Shown piece after piece: positions 23,572-32,830 of a stretch of 64,000 bases of DNA. The translations under genes were made by a program, and so were the position numbers. Position 1 is the first letter of the stretch. Every line of letters starts with the position of its first letter. This DNA comes from Spirochaetia bacterium (lineage in GTDB: Bacteria; Spirochaetota; Spirochaetia; SZUA-6; Bin103): assembly GCA_965208575.1 (NCBI GenBank), contig CBDBOV010000002.1, positions 128,001 to 192,000 on the forward strand, read 5' to 3'. The notes under the pieces are model-generated. The model searched no databases and was not told the DNA's origin. It was given only the letters and a program-made list of their open reading frames with translations.

Positions 23572-25020
23572 CTATATCTTGTCGATCAGAATGGAGCACT
23601 TCCCGGAGGGAATCGGCAGGGTCTTGCGCCGGCCTTCGCGCAACACGTTGATGGTCAGGTAGTACAGCTTCTCCGACTCCAGCCGTATCTCCCAGCCGCG
23701 CGAGCTCTTGGCGCTCACGATGGAGATCAGGTTGCGTTTCAACTGCAGGTTTTCGATGCCCATGATCTCCATGATCGGAATGCGCCAGTCGACGGTTTTG
23801 CGCGGCAGGGAGATAAACAGGCCGACGACGTTTTCGATCATCAGGGCCACGGTGCTGAGCGCGCAGTAGGCCATCAGGAGCCGGCGCGGAAAACCGTTCT
23901 CGGCCGGGCCCCTCGCCGGCCCCTCCTGTTGCGGCGCGTAGGCCTCGTACAGGGAGCCGGTCACATTCTCCTCCGGATGTAACCCGTCGAGCACGTAGTA
24001 CAGGTGGCGCAGGGCGAACTCGCGCGCCTCTTCGTATTTCCCGTAACGCTCGAGCCCCTTGATTACCATGTAGTTGAACGGCGGCAGCACGGCGCTGCGG
24101 TATCCGGAGCCGTCGCGCGAGTAGCCTTCGTGGGCGGCGGACAGGGTCGGGAAGGGGTGCTCGACGCCGAACTCGTCGGGCTTGTTCAGGTAGGAGATGA
24201 GTCGTTCGCTCTTGTCCTCGTTGGGGATTGCCGCGAGCAGCGTCCAGAATGCCCCGACCGTGCGCAACGGCAGGCGCCGCCCGTCGCGGTCGAGGTCGTA
24301 GTAGAAGCCGGTGTCGTTGTCCCACATCTGCTGGCTGATGCGGGTTTTCAGCGAGAAGTACGCGCGCTTGTACTTGAAGCTGGTGTCCTTGTCGTTCAGC
24401 ACGTCGCCGATCGCCGAGAGGAACAGCGCGTTCAGCGCCTGCTGCGCGTTGAAGTCGATCGCGTAGTGACATCCTTCGCGCGGACAATGGCCCATCATGG
24501 TGGCGGCCGCGGGAACCGCGTAGAGGCCGTTTTCCTGCCGGTGGGTGGCCTCGAGCCAGGCGAAATGGCGCTCAAGCACGGGCAGAATCTCACGCAGCCG
24601 CTTCTTGGTGCCGAGCTTGTGGTACAGGTTGTACTCGGCCCACGCGAACAATGGCGGCGCCACCCCGGTCGGGTTGTCGTCGGCGAGCACCGGCGAGCCG
24701 TCTTCGACCAGGTACTCGCCGCGGATGGCGCCGTTCTCCTCCTGTTTGCGGTAGAAGGTGTCGAGCTGTTCGGTTACCGGAAAGGTGCGATTGCTGTAGA
24801 CCAGGAAGAAGGTGGCGAAGCAGGTCTCGAACTGGTTGATGCGGTCCGCGGCGGGATAGCGAAAGTAGTGCGGCGCGAAGCCGTTGGCCTCGGTCCCGCG
24901 ATGCCACTGCTCGCTGATCCAGTGCCACGAACGCTGATAGAGGTTGACGAGATCCTGGTCGTAGAAGTTGATCTCGGGGAAGTCGGTTCTGACGGCGAGT
25001 TGCCGTATCGCATCACTCAT
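23572..25020 (-). CDS. MGH1/GH63-like (alpha/alpha)6 glycoside hydrolase
   Basis: PPLFAWAEY, MWDNDTGFYYD, NYMVIKGLERYG, LYEAYAP. Confidence 0.7.
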   Translation of the reverse strand: MSDAIRQLAVRTDFPEINFYDQDLVNLYQRSWHWISEQWHRGTEANGFAPHYFRYPAADRINQFETCFATFFLVYSNRTFPVTEQLDTFYRKQEENGAIRGEYLVEDGSPVLADDNPTGVAPPLFAWAEYNLYHKLGTKKRLREILPVLERHFAWLEATHRQENGLYAVPAAATMMGHCPREGCHYAIDFNAQQALNALFLSAIGDVLNDKDTSFKYKRAYFSLKTRISQQMWDNDTGFYYDLDRDGRRLPLRTVGAFWTLLAAIPNEDKSERLISYLNKPDEFGVEHPFPTLSAAHEGYSRDGSGYRSAVLPPFNYMVIKGLERYGKYEEAREFALRHLYYVLDGLHPEENVTGSLYEAYAPQQEGPARGPAENGFPRRLLMAYCALSTVALMIENVVGLFISLPRKTVDWRIPIMEIMGIENLQLKRNLISIVSAKSSRGWEIRLESEKLYYLTINVLREGRRKTLPIPSGKCSILIDKI

Positions 25021-25127
25021 GGCAGCGGGCACCGCGAGTGGCTGCGCGGAGCCGTTGGTCGGTGCAATCCTTACAGACTATACGGTTGCGGCACCGCGTG
25101 GTCAAATTGGGCGGCGTGCTCGGCGTG

Positions 25128-26426
25128 CTACAGGTCGGTCAGCAGCACGCGCGAGTTGCGGGAGCGGTCGTAGGTGCGCCCGCCGGGCAGGATGTCCGGG
25201 GTGGTTTCGGCGAACCCCTGTTCCATGAAGAAGTCGGCGGACTGGGTGGTGAGCGCCACCACGCGCCGCGCGCCGCGGCGGCGCGCCTCGCCGAGCAGGA
25301 AGGAAACCAGCCGCGCCCCGGTGCCGCCGCCGCGGTAGCTCTTGCTTACCACCAGGCTCTCGATCTCCGCGGTGACGCCGTCGAGCAGGCGCAGCGCCGC
25401 GCACCCCTGTACGGTGTCGTCGACCTGGTAGACGTAGTAGTCGCCGAGCCGTTCGGCGACCTCGGCGACGGTGCGCGCCAGCAGCAGCCCGGCGTCCACC
25501 TGCGGCTGCAGCAGGCGCATGATCTCCGGCACGTGTGCGGCCGCGGCCGCTACCACGTGGATGTATTGATCGCCGTAGAACATGGTGCCGGCGCCGTCGG
25601 CGGAGAAAATCTCGTCGATGAGGACGCCGTCGCGGCGCCCGTCCACCACGTGAACCCGGTCCACGCCGCCCGCGCAGGCGCTGACCGCCGCGCCCACGAG
25701 CGCCGCCTGGTCGCCGTCGAAGCGGTCGTGGAATCGCTCGAGCAGGCGCTCGCCGGCGCGGTAGTCGATGCTGGAGTAGAAGCCGTCGGCGCGAGTGGCG
25801 AGTTCCTCCCCGGTGCCGGGCACCGCCGCGACTCCGGCCGCGGTGCCGACCAGGAACAGCTTGGCCGCCTGCAGGGCCTGCGCCACCGCCACCGCCAGCT
25901 CCAGGCTGGAGATGTTGTACGACTTGCCGACCGCGTTCCAGCCGATGTTGGAGATGATCGGGATGGCGCCGGTCTCCAGCAGGGCGGTGAGCAGCTTGGC
26001 GTCGACGCGCTCGACGCGGCCGGTGCGCTGGTAGTCGACGCCGTCGACGACGCCCACGGTGCGGGCGCGCACCCAGTTGCCGGCCACCGCGCGGGCGCCG
26101 CTCTCGGTGAGCAGCGCGAGGATCTCGTTCGCCACCCGGGTGGAAGCGGACACTACCGTGTCCATGTCCGCTTCGGTGGTGACCCGCCGCTCGCCGATGC
26201 CGGTGCGGTGCGCAACATCACCGAGTGCCGCGTCGATCGCGTGCCTCGCCCCCGGCACCAGCACGGCGTGAATGCCCATGCGCTGCAGGAGCACGATGTC
26301 CTTGATCAGCATCGAGAACAGCGGTGCGCCGAGCAGGTCGTCAGCGATGCGCAGCACGAACAGGCGCCCGCGGTAGTGGCTCAGGTAGCTGAGCACGTCG
26401 CGGGTTTCGGCGACGGAAGGGGCCAT
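25128..26426 (-). CDS. argA: Amino-acid N-acetyltransferase (N-acetylglutamate synthase)
   Basis: AAK domain plus C-terminal GNAT; EIFSADGAGTM, ALTTQSADFF, RNSRVL. Confidence 0.88.
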   Translation of the reverse strand: MAPSVAETRDVLSYLSHYRGRLFVLRIADDLLGAPLFSMLIKDIVLLQRMGIHAVLVPGARHAIDAALGDVAHRTGIGERRVTTEADMDTVVSASTRVANEILALLTESGARAVAGNWVRARTVGVVDGVDYQRTGRVERVDAKLLTALLETGAIPIISNIGWNAVGKSYNISSLELAVAVAQALQAAKLFLVGTAAGVAAVPGTGEELATRADGFYSSIDYRAGERLLERFHDRFDGDQAALVGAAVSACAGGVDRVHVVDGRRDGVLIDEIFSADGAGTMFYGDQYIHVVAAAAAHVPEIMRLLQPQVDAGLLLARTVAEVAERLGDYYVYQVDDTVQGCAALRLLDGVTAEIESLVVSKSYRGGGTGARLVSFLLGEARRRGARRVVALTTQSADFFMEQGFAETTPDILPGGRTYDRSRNSRVLLTDL

Positions 26427-26641
26427 ACGCACCCGCCTATTTTCGCCGCGAGGTGGATTCCGCTCAAGAGCCCGAACGGCAAACGACGGGAGCGGCGGCC
26501 CGGCGGCGTTGCCGCGGCCGGTCGGTGCACGGGTGCCGCGGAGGGACCGGGGGGCGGTACACTGTCTTACCGAGATGAAGGCTGCTGCACGGTTCGCTTC
26601 GGAAGCGGCGCCCGAGCACCGGGCGCGGAACCGCGAGTCCG

Positions 26642-27490
26642 GTGCGCCGCAACGGGACGCGCGTGCCCGCGTGGCCGCGGCGTAGCCGGTTGGTGACGGT
26701 CGCCGTCGCCGCGTTGCTGGCGGCGGCGCTGTACTTCGGCGCCGTGCTCGGGCTGCAGCGGCCGGTGACCTATCCGCGCCCGCCGCGCCCGCCGGCCCCG
26801 CCGGAGCTGCCGGCCGGCGCCCAGCAGGTGTGGCTCGGCCCGAACCGGGACTGGGAAGCGTGGCTGCTGCAGCCGGCCGCCGGCGCGCGGCCGCTCCCGG
26901 AGGGCGCAGGCGCGGCTCCGCTGATCATCTACGCGCATGGCAACGGGGAGTTGATCGACCACTGGGCGGCGCCGTTCGCCGCCATGACCGATGCCGGGGT
27001 TGCCGTGCTGCTGGTCGAGTATCCCGGCTATGGGCGCTCGGGCGGGCGGCCCACCCGCGACTCGATCGGCGCGGCAATCATCGCGGCGTTCGACTTCGCG
27101 AGCGGGCGCCCGGACATCGACGGGCGGCGCATCGTGGCCTACGGCCGTTCGCTCGGCGGCGCGGCCGCCTGCGAGCTGGCCGCCGCGCGACCGGTCGCGG
27201 CGCTGATCCTGGAGTCCACGTTCACCCGCATGGCCGACCTGATGCCGTGGTTCGTGCCGCGGGCGCTGGTGCTCGATCCGTTCGACAGCGTGGCCGTGGT
27301 CGCGGCCGGCGCACCGCCCGCGCTGGTGCTGCACGGCGTTCGCGACCGGGTCATTCCCTACGCCCACGGCGAGACGCTGGCCCGCGCCGCCGGTACGGAG
27401 CCGGTTCCGCTCCCCTGCGGGCACAACGGCTGCCCGCGGCAGTGGCCGCTGATCCTCGACTTCCTGCGCCGCCACGCGCTGATCGATTAG
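26642..27490 (+). CDS. Alpha/beta hydrolase with N-terminal TM segment
   Basis: HGNGE, EYPGYG, GRSLGG, HGVRD, GHN. Confidence 0.85.
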   Translation: MRRNGTRVPAWPRRSRLVTVAVAALLAAALYFGAVLGLQRPVTYPRPPRPPAPPELPAGAQQVWLGPNRDWEAWLLQPAAGARPLPEGAGAAPLIIYAHGNGELIDHWAAPFAAMTDAGVAVLLVEYPGYGRSGGRPTRDSIGAAIIAAFDFASGRPDIDGRRIVAYGRSLGGAAACELAAARPVAALILESTFTRMADLMPWFVPRALVLDPFDSVAVVAAGAPPALVLHGVRDRVIPYAHGETLARAAGTEPVPLPCGHNGCPRQWPLILDFLRRHALID

Positions 27491-27523
27491 CGGCAGGATG
27501 AAGCGGCGCGGACCGCGTTCCGT

Positions 27524-28483
27524 TTGATGATGTATAGTGAGGAGGCCGAAGTGGCAGATCCAATGAACCTGAGGGACGAAGACGTCGGTCGCATAGCAGA
27601 GTACGTCAAGCCGTGGCTGCGCGAGATCATGCAGGAGATGGTTGCCCGCGTGGAGCCCGGCGGCGTGGGTGGGCAGTTCCTTGAGCGGATGGTCCGCATC
27701 GAGGAAGAGCTGAAAGCGCAGCGTGCGTTGATGGACGAGCGGTTCAACTTCATGGCGCAGTGCTTCGAGGCGGTCGACAGGCGCTTCGAGGAGACCGGCG
27801 CCCGCGCGGATGCGCGCGTCGAGGAGATGGGTGCGCGCATGGATACCCGCTTTGACGCGGTCGACAGGCGCTTCGAGGAGACCGGCGCCCGCACCGATGC
27901 GCGCTTCGAGGAGATGGGCGCAAGCACGAGTGTTCGCTTCGACGCCGTCGACAGGCGCTTCGAGGAGATGGGTGCGCGCACGGATGCGCGCTTCGAGGAG
28001 ATGGGTGCGCGCATGGATGCGCGCTTTGACGCGGTCGATACACGTTTCGAGGAGACCGGCGCCCGCACGGATGCGCGCTTCGAGGAGATGGGTGCGCGTA
28101 TGGATGCGCGCTTCGACGCGGTCGATACACGCTTCGAGGAGACCGGCGCCCGCGCCGATGCGCGCTTCGAGGAGATGGGCGCAAGCACGAGTGTTCGCTT
28201 CGACGCCGTCGACAGGCGCTTCGAGGAGATGGGTGCGCGCACGGATGCGCGCTTCGAGGAGATGGGTGCGCGCATGGATGCGCGCTTTGACGCGGTCGAT
28301 ACACGCTTCGAGGAGACCGGCGCCCGCACGGATGCGCGCTTTGACGCGGTCGATACACGCTTCGATGCCATCGACAAGCGCTTTGCAGACATGAATGCCC
28401 GCTTTACGACGTTGACCTGGATGATCGGCGTCGGGTTTGTGGTCATCACGTCGCTGACTACGGTGTTCGCGCTGCTCGCCTGA
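27524..28483 (+). CDS. Membrane-anchored coiled-coil repeat protein (CCDC90/DUF1640/Bdr-like architecture)
   Basis: Head region, 7+11+11-residue repeats, C-terminal TM (WMIGVGFVVITSL); start uncertain. Confidence 0.75.
   Translation: MMMYSEEAEVADPMNLRDEDVGRIAEYVKPWLREIMQEMVARVEPGGVGGQFLERMVRIEEELKAQRALMDERFNFMAQCFEAVDRRFEETGARADARVEEMGARMDTRFDAVDRRFEETGARTDARFEEMGASTSVRFDAVDRRFEEMGARTDARFEEMGARMDARFDAVDTRFEETGARTDARFEEMGARMDARFDAVDTRFEETGARADARFEEMGASTSVRFDAVDRRFEEMGARTDARFEEMGARMDARFDAVDTRFEETGARTDARFDAVDTRFDAIDKRFADMNARFTTLTWMIGVGFVVITSLTTVFALLA
27763..28400 (+). repeat. Coding tandem repeat, 87-bp unit with a 261-bp higher-order period
   Basis: RFDAVD[RT]-RFEExGARxDA-RFEEMGARMDA units; variant GASTSV recurs at about 27921 and 28182. 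Confidence 0.85.
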
Positions 28484-28507
28484 GCCGGATTGCCGCCGGC
28501 GGCAGGT

Positions 28508-29878
28508 TCAGGTGGACGCGAGCAGGCGGGGCAGGAACAGGGACAGCGACGGCAGGTAGGTGATCAGCACCAGCGCGGCGATCAGCACCAGGGCGAACGG
28601 CAGGGCTGCGCGGTAGATGGCGGTGAGCGGCCGGGCGAACCGGAAGCGCGCCACGAACAGGTTGATGCCGACCGGCGGCGTGAGGTAGCCCACCTCCAGG
28701 TTGACCAGGAACACCACGCCGAGGTGCAGCGGGTCGATCTGCAGTGCCGCGGCCACCGGCACGATCAGCGGCACCAGCACCACGATGGCGGAGAAGATAT
28801 CCACCAGCATGCCGGCGATCAGCAGCACGCCGTTGAGCGCCAGCAGGAACAGCAGCGGATGCTCGATATGCTCGGTGACCGCGGCCAGCAGCCGTTGCGG
28901 CGCCTGCGCGTCGACCAGCACGTTGGTCAGCGCCAGGGCGGCGCCGACCACCAGCAGGATCGCTCCCACCAGGGCGCCGGTGTTGCGCACGATGGCGGGC
29001 AGGTCGCGGCGCAGGTCGACCTCGCGGCGGATCAGCACCTCGACCGCCAGCACGTAGGCGGCGGTGAGGGTGGCCGCCTCGGTGACGGTGATGGCGCCCA
29101 GGTAGATGCCGCCCACCACCGCCGCGGGCAGCGGCAGCTCCCAGCCGCACAGCCACACGGCGCGGGCGGCGCGGCGTACCGTGGCTCGATTGCCGCGCGC
29201 GGCCGGTCCGGCAGCGGCGGTCGGGCGCGGTGCCGCCGGCCCCGGCTCGGCGCTGCCGGAGGCGGCCCGGCGGCGGGCGACGGCGGCGTACAGGGTGAGG
29301 CAGGCCACCAGCAGCAGCGCCGGCACGGTGGTGGCCTGAAACAACCGGTCGACGCTGACCTGCGCGGTGATCGCGTAGACGATCACCGCCAGACTCGGCG
29401 GCAGCAGCAGTCCCGGCACGCCGCCGGCCGCGATGAGGCCGATGGCGTGGCGCTCGGGGTGGCGGCGGCCCTGCGCGTGCGCGGCCGCCAGCATGGCCGG
29501 CAACAACAGGCCGCCGAGCGCGATGATGGTGACGCCGGAGGCGCCGGTGAACGCGGTAAAGGCGGCGGAGACCACCACCGCTGCCACCGCCATGCCGCCG
29601 GGGCGCCGCCCGAACAGGGTGCGCGCCATCAGCAGGAAACGGCGCGGCGCACGGCTCTCGGCCAGCACCAGCCCCGCGAACGCGAACAGCGGCAGCGCGG
29701 TGAGCGTCGGCAGCGCGCCGAGGCGGTTGAACTCCAGCGCCGCCACGGCGGGATCGATGCCGGCCAGCGCCAGTCCGGCCAGGGCGGCGCCGGCAATCAG
29801 CGCGAACAGCGGCACGCCGCCGAGTGCGGCGGCAAGCAGCAGCGCGCCGCCGGCAATGCCCAGGACCGCGGTCGTCAG
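28508..29878 (-). CDS. TRAP transporter large permease DctM
   Basis: FTGASGVTIIALGGLL, GLLLPPSL, NLEVGYLTPPVGINLF; apparent CTG start overlapping the DctQ stop. Confidence 0.85.
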   Translation of the reverse strand: MTTAVLGIAGGALLLAAALGGVPLFALIAGAALAGLALAGIDPAVAALEFNRLGALPTLTALPLFAFAGLVLAESRAPRRFLLMARTLFGRRPGGMAVAAVVVSAAFTAFTGASGVTIIALGGLLLPAMLAAAHAQGRRHPERHAIGLIAAGGVPGLLLPPSLAVIVYAITAQVSVDRLFQATTVPALLLVACLTLYAAVARRRAASGSAEPGPAAPRPTAAAGPAARGNRATVRRAARAVWLCGWELPLPAAVVGGIYLGAITVTEAATLTAAYVLAVEVLIRREVDLRRDLPAIVRNTGALVGAILLVVGAALALTNVLVDAQAPQRLLAAVTEHIEHPLLFLLALNGVLLIAGMLVDIFSAIVVLVPLIVPVAAALQIDPLHLGVVFLVNLEVGYLTPPVGINLFVARFRFARPLTAIYRAALPFALVLIAALVLITYLPSLSLFLPRLLAST

Positions 29879-30552
29879 AGTCTCCCGGTTGGCCGGCCGC
29901 GCCTGCAGAGCCGGCGCCGGGCGGCGCCGGGAACGGTGCCGCCGGCGGGCGGGGAAGCGATGCCTCGTGCCGCGCCGCGCCGGAACCGCGCGCGCGAGCC
30001 CGGTTCGCCGGCGGGCCGTCGGTCGGCCGGCGGCCCGCCATCGGAGCCGGCGAGGCGCCGCGCGGCGCCGAGCAGGAAGCGCAGCGCAATCACGGCGAAC
30101 CCGACCGGCATGACGGCGGCCGCGGCGGCAGCGCCAGGTCCGGCGAATGCGAGTTCGGCGACCACGAAACGCGCCGCCGAGACGGTCAGCAGGCCGGTCA
30201 CCGCGGCCGCGACAAGGCAGGCAGCGGCGTTCACCAGGCGGTTGGCGCGCGCCGGCAGCACCTGCTCGGCCACGTCGACCGCCAAGTGGGTGCCGCGAAA
30301 GGCGGCCAGCGAGGCGCCGATGAACGCGATCCACAACACCGCGCGGCGGACCGCGGTGTCAGTCTCCGGCAGTGCCGGAAGGCCGAGGTTGCGCAACGCG
30401 ATCTGTACCAGCGAAGCGGCCAGCGAGCCGAGGATCAGGATCGCCAACAGCACGGTCTCCGCACCCGCCAATGCCTCGTCGCAGCGCGCACAGCGGCGCA
30501 GGAACGCGCCGGACGGCCGCTGCCGCGCATGGCCGGCGGCCCCCGCGGTCAT
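29875..30552 (-). CDS. TRAP transporter small permease DctQ
   Basis: 4 TM segments; LWIAFIGASLAAFRGTHLAVD. Confidence 0.8.
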   Translation of the reverse strand: MTAGAAGHARQRPSGAFLRRCARCDEALAGAETVLLAILILGSLAASLVQIALRNLGLPALPETDTAVRRAVLWIAFIGASLAAFRGTHLAVDVAEQVLPARANRLVNAAACLVAAAVTGLLTVSAARFVVAELAFAGPGAAAAAAVMPVGFAVIALRFLLGAARRLAGSDGGPPADRRPAGEPGSRARFRRGAARGIASPPAGGTVPGAARRRLCRRGRPTGRL

Positions 30553-31688
30553 GACGCGGCGGCGGAGCGTTGCGCCGAACGATGCGCCGCCAGGGCGGCT
30601 TCGACGCGGTCGAGCAGCGCTTCCGGGTACAGCTCGGGAGCCAGCGCGCGCCGCGCGACGGCGCCCTGCGCGCGCAGCAGGTCGGCCGCGCCGGGGCCGG
30701 GCGCAACCGGCTGCACCCCGCGCCGCGCCAGCGCCGCCAGCGCCGCCTCGTTGTCCGCGCGGCTGCGTTGCTGCAACTCGGCCATGAAGCGGCGTCCGTT
30801 GTCGACCAGAATCTCCCGCAGGTCGGACGCCAGGCGCAAAAATGTGCGCCGGTTCATGAGCAGCGCCCCCGAGGCGTGGCCGAGCGGCAGGTCGAGGCGG
30901 TATTCGACCCGGCTGAACCACTGCAGCGCCAGCAGCGCGAGCGGCGACGCGTACACGCCGTCGATGACGCCGGTCTGCAGCGCGGTCAGGACATCGGCAA
31001 CGTGCAGCGGCACCGGGTCGGCGCCGAATGCGGCGAAGATCGCGGCCGCGAGCGGGTCGTCCTCCAGCATCCACCAGCGCAGCCGGCGCAACTCCTCCAC
31101 CGACGCCACCGGGCTGGTGCTGAACAGGTAGATCGGGCCCACCTCCGCCCAGCCCAGCACCACGTAGCCGCGCTGTTCGAACGTTCGCTCCAGTTCGGGG
31201 GTGAACTGCCGGTACACGGCGTCGATTTCCGCGTCGTTCCGGAACAGCAGCGCGCCGTCGAGGACGCGCTCTTCCGGTACCACCAGGCCCAGGCCGGCGC
31301 CGGTCAGGGCGACCGCGTCGAGCTGCCCGAAGCGCAACTTGCGCAGCATGTCCGCCTCGCTGCCCGACACGCCGCCGGGGAAGATGCGGAACTGCAGCCG
31401 GTCGCCGCTCGCTTCCTCGACCGTTGCCTGGTAGGCGCGCAGCACTGTCATCCACGTGCTGCCCTCCGGCGCGAGGGTGGCGATCTTGACGATCTGCTGC
31501 GCCGCGGCCGCTGCCGGCGCGAGGGCGATGAGCGCGGCAACGAGCGCCCCGGTGAGTCTGTACGGCCGCGCCGCGGCACGGAGGAGGTTGAATGCCGATG
31601 CCCAACCACCGCCGGAAGACCGGCACTTTCGGATCTGGCGCCGGCGGATGCATGGCCGGGTGCACATGGCTGCCATCATCGCCGTCAT
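30549..31688 (-). CDS. TRAP substrate-binding protein DctP (TatP-type)
   Basis: KIATLAPEGSTW, FPGGVSGSE, VLTALQTGVID; start uncertain. Confidence 0.85.
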   Translation of the reverse strand: MTAMMAAMCTRPCIRRRQIRKCRSSGGGWASAFNLLRAAARPYRLTGALVAALIALAPAAAAAQQIVKIATLAPEGSTWMTVLRAYQATVEEASGDRLQFRIFPGGVSGSEADMLRKLRFGQLDAVALTGAGLGLVVPEERVLDGALLFRNDAEIDAVYRQFTPELERTFEQRGYVVLGWAEVGPIYLFSTSPVASVEELRRLRWWMLEDDPLAAAIFAAFGADPVPLHVADVLTALQTGVIDGVYASPLALLALQWFSRVEYRLDLPLGHASGALLMNRRTFLRLASDLREILVDNGRRFMAELQQRSRADNEAALAALARRGVQPVAPGPGAADLLRAQGAVARRALAPELYPEALLDRVEAALAAHRSAQRSAAAS

Positions 31689-32656
31689 TGGAACAGTTCG
31701 TCGACCGAGCGCGCCAGCCGGCCGGCGCGTTGCCGTGCGACCGCGTTGGCCAGACGGCGTTCGGGCAGCAGGTCGAGGTCGGCGCCGCGCACCTCGTCGA
31801 GCAGGCGTTCGAACAGCGCGCGGTCCTGTACCTGCACGGCGTAGGTGGCGGCGTACAGGACGTGGGTCATCAGAAAGCGCCGGCCGGTGAGGCTCAGCGC
31901 CGCCTCGAAGTGGCCGCGCGCCGCCGGCGCGCCGCCGAGGATCGCCGGCATCGAGCCGGACAGGGCGCCGAGCAGGACGTGGGCGCCGGCGTAGCCGAAG
32001 GCGGGATCGTGGCGCAGCACGAAGCGCGCGAGTGCCTGCAGAACCGGCACGTCGGCGACCAGCTCCGGGTCGCCCGGCCGGTTCTTGACCATGCCGCCCC
32101 AGCCCTGCGCGGTCCAGTAGACGGCCGGCACGAAGCGCGGCTCGAGGCCGGCCAGGTAGCGGTCGAGCGCATCGAGATCGAACCACAGGGCGTCCGCCGG
32201 TTCCGCGACCCCGCGGTGCCGCGCCGCGATCCGCCAGGCGTGCAGCGCGTGGTCGCGCGCGCGCCGGTACAAGCCGACGGCGCGCACCGGGTCGTCCTGC
32301 TCCACGAACGCCAGCGCGTAGCCGGAGTACGCCTCGGCCGCCAGCAGGCGCACGTCGACGGCATCCGGGTCGCCGCGCAGCACCCCCTCCAGCAGCGGCA
32401 GGCCGGCTGCCGCGCCGCCCTCGGCAAGTTCCAGGTCGTATTCGGCATTGACGGCGGCGAAGCTGTCGGCAACCAGTCCGGCACTGGCGCGCGCTGCCAG
32501 GCGCTGCACGCTGCACCCCGGCAGCGCCACCACCACCACCAGCATCACCAGCAGCCCGGCGGCGCCCACCCCGGCGGGCCGCGAGGCAGGTGCCGCCCCG
32601 GATGTCGGTGCCGCGGTGATCGGCGCACGGCAGGTCGTGCCATTCATGGGTGTCAA
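31685..32656 (-). CDS. TRAP-T/TPAT TatT lipoprotein
   Basis: Lipobox-like ALPGC, YSGYALAFVE, GSMPAILGG, LANAVARQRA. Confidence 0.8.
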   Translation of the reverse strand: MTPMNGTTCRAPITAAPTSGAAPASRPAGVGAAGLLVMLVVVVALPGCSVQRLAARASAGLVADSFAAVNAEYDLELAEGGAAAGLPLLEGVLRGDPDAVDVRLLAAEAYSGYALAFVEQDDPVRAVGLYRRARDHALHAWRIAARHRGVAEPADALWFDLDALDRYLAGLEPRFVPAVYWTAQGWGGMVKNRPGDPELVADVPVLQALARFVLRHDPAFGYAGAHVLLGALSGSMPAILGGAPAARGHFEAALSLTGRRFLMTHVLYAATYAVQVQDRALFERLLDEVRGADLDLLPERRLANAVARQRAGRLARSVDELFQ

Positions 32657-32830
32657 CGTACCCCACCCCGACCGGCGCGTACAGATTTGGCGCGGGCCGT
32701 GCCGTCACGCACGGAACGAGCTGTCGCTGCTGGCGAAACCTGCCGACTCGATGGTAATTTGTTTCCGTTGCAGGTACCACATCGAAAAACGGGCTCTCTC
32801 CACGCTGAATCGGGGGCGTCGCAGGGGCGG

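Noticed and set aside
26395-26580. Possible degenerate upstream copy of the argA 5' end
   Set aside because: Gapped similarity only, in very GC-rich sequence; cannot be distinguished from chance by eye
27763-28400. CRISPR array
   Set aside because: In-frame coding repeats without unique spacers; no cas genes in the window
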